From the IMG/VR virus record IMGVR_UViG_3300024999_000048, positions 57,090 through 121,089 of that record: DNA of 64,000 nucleotides. One strand, given 5' to 3'. Positions 58,673-64,000 of this stretch are shown one piece after another. Below the pieces are notes generated by a model. The model saw only the letters and a list, made by a program, of their open reading frames with translations. It had not been told where the DNA came from and ran no database searches. Both the position numbers and the translations under genes were made by a program. This stretch comes from a virus. The first letter of the stretch is position 1, and each line of letters opens with the position of its first letter.

Positions 58673-59653
58673 TTGGATATTTTTAACCCACAAGTATCAG
58701 TTGTTGCAAAAGGTTTAGAGGGAAAAACAATTATGGTTTATGGGGGCAACAATTTGGGCAAGACACTACAGGCAACAAGAATGAAAAAACCACTATATCT
58801 CCCATTTGAAAAAGGTTTGAATGCTATTTCAGGAGTTCCGCATGTTCCAATTAATTCATGGGCAGATTTTAAGAAATGGAATAAACAATTAACTAGCGTT
58901 GCTACTGTAGGTAAAGCAAGAGATTTATATTGTACTATTATCTTTGATGAAGTTGAGGCATCTGCAAAATACTGCCAAAAGTATATCAATAGTGTGTATG
59001 GTGTCTCTCGATTAAAAGATGGTAACGAAGGCTTTGGTTTATGGAAAGAATATGAAACTGAATATTGGACAGAGATTAATCAATTAACTGGTGCAGGATA
59101 CACGGTTATATTTATTGCACACAAAACCGAAAATAAAAACGGACTAACTCTTCCAAAAGGAGACAAGAGAGCATTAGAACCAATTATCGATAACTGTGAT
59201 ATTGTTGTATATCTAGAATCAAATGGTGTAGACGAAGATAAAAAAGTAATAAAATCATCTGGATATCTTGCTCAAACAGACACTTATTTTGCTAGAAGTA
59301 GATTTGATTACATTGATACGTATATCAAAGAATTTACAGCAGAAAATCTTGAAGAAGCTATTATTAAAGCGATTGAAAAACAAGAAGAGGCAGAAGGGAT
59401 TAAAGCAGTTTCTTTTCAAGAGCAAAAAACTACATTTGAATCAGAAGTGTTGGATTACGATCAATTAATGTCTGTCATTGGAGCAATTGGTGAGAAATTC
59501 ATTAACTCTGACAATGTTACTCAACTTGTAGAAATAGTAGAAAAATATCTTGGGAAGGGTAAAAAAGTAAGCGAATGTACTAAATTACAAGTAGAAGTCA
59601 TGTCTGTTATCTACGGCGATTTAGTAGACAAAGCAAACGAACTATCGCTATAG
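58673..59653 (+). CDS. AAA_24/Sak4-like ATPase (YorG-like)
   Basis: YGGNNLGKT, FEKG, IIFDE, FIAH, ARSRF. Confidence 0.8.
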   Translation: MDIFNPQVSVVAKGLEGKTIMVYGGNNLGKTLQATRMKKPLYLPFEKGLNAISGVPHVPINSWADFKKWNKQLTSVATVGKARDLYCTIIFDEVEASAKYCQKYINSVYGVSRLKDGNEGFGLWKEYETEYWTEINQLTGAGYTVIFIAHKTENKNGLTLPKGDKRALEPIIDNCDIVVYLESNGVDEDKKVIKSSGYLAQTDTYFARSRFDYIDTYIKEFTAENLEEAIIKAIEKQEEAEGIKAVSFQEQKTTFESEVLDYDQLMSVIGAIGEKFINSDNVTQLVEIVEKYLGKGKKVSECTKLQVEVMSVIYGDLVDKANELSL

Positions 59654-59723
59654 TATAAACTTGAAGAGTGGGCAGGTATTAATATATTATGCCTGTCCAC
59701 TTAATGTATTGGAGTTGATTTCA

Positions 59724-60314
59724 ATGGGAAGAGGAAGACCATGTATATGTCCTTTTTGTAAAATGACTGTAAAAAAAGAAGATGCATTTGAATATAAAAA
59801 TAAATATTACCATGTAGATTGTTTCGGAGCAATGTCTAAGCAAACTACCAAAATAGAAAAAAATAAGCAAAAGCAACAAGTAGAAAAAGTAAAAGACAAA
59901 CTACAAAAGGAAACTCATATTCAACCCGAAGCAGAGATTTCTGATGAAGAAATACTAGCTAAAGATGCTCTGTTTAATTATTTAAAAAGTCTACTGAAGA
60001 TACCAAAACTTAATGTAAAAACATACAAACTATTAAAAGATTATTATAATACTTATAAATTTAGTTATAAAGGTATGCTGACTACGTTAAAATATTTTTA
60101 TGAATTGCAAAATAATCCTATTGTATCTGATTGTGTGGGAATTATTCCCTATACATATGCAGAAGCACATGAGTATGAACAAAGGAAAAATGAAATTATC
60201 AAGCAAGCAGATGGTTTAAATATGACTGAAGCAGTAATACCCAAAGTAGTTAAAATAAAAAAATATGTTGAAAATACAGACAGTAAATTAATTAATATTA
60301 ACGATTTGAGGTGA
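59724..60314 (+). CDS. Zn-finger replication accessory protein (YorH-like)
   Basis: CPFC...YYHVDC, LKYFYE, GIIPY; ATG after GGAG. Confidence 0.6.
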   Translation: MGRGRPCICPFCKMTVKKEDAFEYKNKYYHVDCFGAMSKQTTKIEKNKQKQQVEKVKDKLQKETHIQPEAEISDEEILAKDALFNYLKSLLKIPKLNVKTYKLLKDYYNTYKFSYKGMLTTLKYFYELQNNPIVSDCVGIIPYTYAEAHEYEQRKNEIIKQADGLNMTEAVIPKVVKIKKYVENTDSKLININDLR

Positions 60315-61918
60315 ACACACTGAGTCTATCATGTAAGCGAAGCTACCTTCAAATACTAGGTTGTTTATTACAAAATCCTGAACTATTAAGTGATAGTAGA
60401 TACACTGTTGATAGAGATGATTTTGAAGAAATATTTCATAAGATGATTTTTGCTTCAATACACAATTTATATTTACAAGGCGTAAAGAGTATTGATTACA
60501 TAGCGATTGACAATTATTTATCTCCATATGAACTACAGTATAAAATATTTAACGAGAATAATGGAATGGATTATATTATCGAGTGCAAAGATAATAGCAA
60601 TCTTAATAATTTTGATTATTCTTATGAAAGAATGAAGAAATTCAGTTTGCTAAGAACTTTTATTGAACAAGGAATTGATATTGATGAAATTTACAATGAA
60701 ACAATTGTTGAACCAAAAGAACAAGAAAAAATGCAAGCAAAATTTGACAATTTGTCTGTTCAGGATATTTTTAACATAATTGAAAAAAAAGTTATAGATA
60801 TTAAAAATAAGCATTTAATGAACATAAACAATCAAGGTCAAAAAGCAGGAGAAGGGTTATATCAATTAAAAGAAAAATGCAAAGAAGCACCTGACATGGG
60901 TATTCCAATGGCAAGCAATATAATGAATACTATCGCAAGAGGAGCAAGATTAAAAAAGTTTTATCTAAGATCGGCACCAACTGGTTTGGGGAAAAGTCGT
61001 TTAGCAGCAGGAGACGCATGTAGTTATGCTGTACCTTACATATGGGATTTAAAAGAAAAGAAATGGATGTATAGAGGCGTATCAGAACCTACTCTCTATA
61101 TTACAACAGAATTAGAAATTGAAGAAGTACAAACGATGCTTGTGGCCTATACTAGTGGAGTTGAAGAGGATAAAATATTAGATGGTAAATACAAAGGAGA
61201 TGAAGAGGAAAGAGTAAATCAAGCAATAGAATTTATTGAACAATCTCCATTGTGGATTGAATATATGTCTGATTTTAATATTGAAGACATCGAAACAGTT
61301 ATAAGAAGATATCAAATTGAGAATAAAGTACAATATATATTATTTGATTATCTACATACATCCATGAAACTTATGGCTGAGATTGCAAACATATCTAAAG
61401 GTATGAAATTAAGAGAAGATCAAATATTATTAATGTTTTCAGACAGATTAAAAGCAATGTGTAATAAGTTTAATGTTCATATTGATAGTTCAACCCAAAC
61501 AACTGGTGAATACAAGAATGTAAAAGATGCTGACCAAAACGTACTTCGTGGAGCCAAGGCAATTGCTGATAAAATTGATCTTGGAATTGTAGCATTGGAG
61601 CCTACTGCTTCAGATTTAGACTCATTAAAACCCATACTATCAAAAGGAATATATCCTGTGCCCAACATGGTTTACCATATTTATAAAGTAAGGCGTGGCA
61701 AACTTTCAAGAGTGAAGTTGTGGTTGTATGTTAATCTTGGCAATATGCGATTGACGGAATTATTCCTTACAAATAATAAATACGAGGTTATTCCTGTTGA
61801 ATCTACAAAAATTGAAATGATTGATGCTATACTTGATGAACATTCAGTTGATGAGAAAGAACTAGTAATAGATAAGGAAGACGAAGAGAATTCAACTAAA
61901 GCCCTCTTTAGTTTTTAG
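60311..61918 (+). CDS. Replicative DnaB-like helicase (YorI-like)
   Basis: SAPTGLGKSR, ITTEL, FDY, LRGAKAIADKID, YKVRRG. Confidence 0.85.
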   Translation: MNTLSLSCKRSYLQILGCLLQNPELLSDSRYTVDRDDFEEIFHKMIFASIHNLYLQGVKSIDYIAIDNYLSPYELQYKIFNENNGMDYIIECKDNSNLNNFDYSYERMKKFSLLRTFIEQGIDIDEIYNETIVEPKEQEKMQAKFDNLSVQDIFNIIEKKVIDIKNKHLMNINNQGQKAGEGLYQLKEKCKEAPDMGIPMASNIMNTIARGARLKKFYLRSAPTGLGKSRLAAGDACSYAVPYIWDLKEKKWMYRGVSEPTLYITTELEIEEVQTMLVAYTSGVEEDKILDGKYKGDEEERVNQAIEFIEQSPLWIEYMSDFNIEDIETVIRRYQIENKVQYILFDYLHTSMKLMAEIANISKGMKLREDQILLMFSDRLKAMCNKFNVHIDSSTQTTGEYKNVKDADQNVLRGAKAIADKIDLGIVALEPTASDLDSLKPILSKGIYPVPNMVYHIYKVRRGKLSRVKLWLYVNLGNMRLTELFLTNNKYEVIPVESTKIEMIDAILDEHSVDEKELVIDKEDEENSTKALFSF

Positions 61919-61933
61919 GGGGTGTGAATAATA

Positions 61934-63064
61934 ATGCTTGATAAAGAAAGAATCAAACAAGAATTAGATGAACAAGATATAATAATGCTCCTTAAAGATT
62001 TAGGTAGTGAAACTTCACATAGAGATAAAGACAACAATTTATTATTTCAAACTGTTTGTCACAACAGTAGTGGAGGATCATATAAATTACATTACTTTAA
62101 AGATAGTAAGACATTTCATTGTTATACTGCATGTAGTGATACTTTTGATGTTTATGAATTAGTAAGACGTTCTAAACTAAACCGAAATATTAAACTTAGT
62201 TTTTACGAATGTATCAAATATGTTGCTGCACTTACTAATAAGAATATCCATATGTCTTCAATATTCTCCAAACTTGATAAGGATTATATTATAGATGATT
62301 GGGATTGGATAAAGAAATATAAAAGGGTTTTAAAACCAATAGTAAAATTACCTGTAGTAAATAATACCGTCCTTGATGTATTTCAAGAAATATATTACCA
62401 ATCATGGATCGATGAAGGTATATCAATTAAAACAATGGAGAAGTATGGAATCAAATATTACATTAAAGATGATAAGATTGCAATTCCTCATTATGATATA
62501 AATAATAATTTAGTAGGCATTAGAGGTAGGGCATTAAGAGAGGATGATATATTAGCTAAAAAGAAATACATGCCTTTAATAGTAGAAAAACAGCAATATA
62601 ATCATCCATTGGCATTAAATTTATATGGGTTGAATCATACTCAAGAGGCCATAAAAAAAATAAAAAAAGTAATAATATTTGAGGGGGAAAAAAGTTGCCT
62701 TAAATGTGAGGATTTTTATGGTGAAAATAATTTTTCTGTTGCTGTATGTGGTATGTCAATCTCTCCACAACAAAGGAATATGATATTATCTCTTCAACCT
62801 AAAGAAATATTTATTGGATTTGATAAACAATTTAAGGACACCAATAGTAACGAAGCTTATAAATTTGCAGAAAAACTTCTTAAAATAGCAATGCCATTTA
62901 CACCATATTGTCAAGTATATATATTATGGGATGATGCAAATTTACTTGATCACAAAGATAGTCCATGTGACAAAGGAAAAGAAATTTTAGAGGTTTTAAT
63001 GAAACATAAATATGAAATAAAAACAAAAAATGGGGAGGAAGTTCAACCATGCAATATTTCGTAA
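61934..63064 (+). CDS. DNA primase (YorJ-like)
   Basis: TVCH...FHCYTAC Zn finger, GIRGR, NLYGL, IFEGEKS, GFD Toprim. Confidence 0.85.
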   Translation: MLDKERIKQELDEQDIIMLLKDLGSETSHRDKDNNLLFQTVCHNSSGGSYKLHYFKDSKTFHCYTACSDTFDVYELVRRSKLNRNIKLSFYECIKYVAALTNKNIHMSSIFSKLDKDYIIDDWDWIKKYKRVLKPIVKLPVVNNTVLDVFQEIYYQSWIDEGISIKTMEKYGIKYYIKDDKIAIPHYDINNNLVGIRGRALREDDILAKKKYMPLIVEKQQYNHPLALNLYGLNHTQEAIKKIKKVIIFEGEKSCLKCEDFYGENNFSVAVCGMSISPQQRNMILSLQPKEIFIGFDKQFKDTNSNEAYKFAEKLLKIAMPFTPYCQVYILWDDANLLDHKDSPCDKGKEILEVLMKHKYEIKTKNGEEVQPCNIS

Positions 63065-64000
63065 GTGATTCAAAATTTAGTTACAGTAGGTTAGATTTAT
63101 TTGACCAATGTGCTTATAGATATAAGTTAAAATATATAGACGAGCATCATTCTGATAAATCAGCATTAGCATTAGAGCTTGGCACTTTAGGTCATATGGG
63201 AAAAGAAAAATGGGGACAATATTTAATTGATGACGAAGAGCCTGATTTTGGGTACATTCAAAAAATTATTGAAAATGGATTAGAGATACATAAGATAGAA
63301 ATTCTAAATGGTATAGAGGTAGAAAACGAAATTGAAGATATACTTGGAATTAAAGACATAAAGAAAAAATACTTTGATACTTATTCCGAAATATGCAATA
63401 AATCAGGAATGACATATGATGAAAAAATAAGTCTATATTTAGATCATTTAAAAACTATGCCGTTAGAAAATGGTTGGAGTGTATTAGCAGTAGAGAAAGG
63501 ATTTAGTTTTACGTATAAAAATAAATATACTATTCGCGGATTCATTGATAGGATTGATATTAACGAAAATGGAGATTTAAGAGTAGTTGATTATAAAACA
63601 TCTAAAGCAATATATCCAGATAATAAAGTAGTAACACCTTTACAAATGTTTATATACGCAATGGCATGTGAAAAATTATATGATAAATTACCAATCGAAT
63701 TTATTTATGACTTTATCTTCATAGGAGCGAAACAAAAAGCATGTACAAAAGGTTATTATAATAGAGGAGTAAAGAAACTAGATAAATTATTCGCTAAACT
63801 TGAAGAGTGTTTAGAAAAAGACGAATATATTCCAAAACCAACTCCTTTATGTTATTGGTGTGATTTTTCAAACAATACTCCATTGGCAGATAAAAACCTA
63901 AAACATTTATGTCCATATTATTCTTTATGGACACCTAATAATAAAACATTTGATGTAAATAAAAAATATGGTGAAAAGATTGAAATCAATAATGAAAGAG
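63049..64000 (+). CDS. PD-(D/E)XK nuclease (AddB/Cas4-like), 3' end off window (not in ORF track)
   Basis: FSYSRLDLFDQCAYRYKLKY, GTLGH, RGFIDRID, VVDYKT, CYWC...CP. Confidence 0.85.
   Translation, partial: MQYFVSDSKFSYSRLDLFDQCAYRYKLKYIDEHHSDKSALALELGTLGHMGKEKWGQYLIDDEEPDFGYIQKIIENGLEIHKIEILNGIEVENEIEDILGIKDIKKKYFDTYSEICNKSGMTYDEKISLYLDHLKTMPLENGWSVLAVEKGFSFTYKNKYTIRGFIDRIDINENGDLRVVDYKTSKAIYPDNKVVTPLQMFIYAMACEKLYDKLPIEFIYDFIFIGAKQKACTKGYYNRGVKKLDKLFAKLEECLEKDEYIPKPTPLCYWCDFSNNTPLADKNLKHLCPYYSLWTPNNKTFDVNKKYGEKIEINNER

Larger units (their letters stand above)
1..64000 (+). mobile_element. Segment of a large SPbeta-like temperate phage/prophage (early accessory, regulatory and replication regions)
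   Basis: Near-uniform plus-strand coding, dozens of short ORFs with strong RBSs, yopQ/yopR-like pair, yorF-yorJ-like replication order, no host housekeeping operons. Confidence 0.85.

Noticed and set aside
1550-61668. Minus-strand ORFs in the supplied track (e.g. 1550-1885, 6756-7235, 7324-7605, 49060-49491, 58283-58570)
   Set aside because: Nearly all are antisense shadows of well-supported plus-strand genes, and none has a convincing RBS or recognisable motif.
63049-64000. CRISPR-associated Cas4 or a CRISPR locus
   Set aside because: No repeat-spacer array or other cas genes; it sits in the replication operon.

Overview
This AT-rich window is almost entirely plus-strand coded. It looks like the early/accessory and replication arm of a large SPbeta-like temperate phage or prophage of a Firmicute, probably a clostridial host. 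No structural genes, rRNA, tRNA or CRISPR array are visible. In order, it holds: (1) an RNA/NAD/translation module (nucleotidyltransferase-like, AAA-kinase+HD, RlmN-like radical SAM, PRPP-synthetase-like + NAMPT-like pair resembling NARP1, Pth2); (2) a signalling locus at about 7.2-15.5 kb; (3) about 40 kb of small accessory ORFs, including NAD-dependent ligase, GHKL ATPase, DNA methyltransferases, an SNF2-like helicase and vWA/TerD/TerC genes; (4) an SPbeta-like replication block (SSB, AAA, DnaB helicase, primase, PD-(D/E)XK nuclease). The standout is the signalling locus. It contains an unannotated 38-aa AgrD-like peptide with Ser at the ring position, AgrB, two paralogous multi-TM proteins with no kinase domain, a DUF5317-like membrane protein and two MazF-family genes with no MazE. 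These sit directly upstream of homologues of the SPbeta repression genes yopQ/yopR (SroE/SroF-MrpR). This is the position arbitrium occupies in SPbeta, so it may be an agr-type cyclic-peptide lysis-lysogeny system. Other ORFs missed by the track are a minus-strand 30-aa type I toxin-like peptide and a VbhA-like antitoxin with an ATT start. All family assignments come from motif recognition by eye; no database searches were run.
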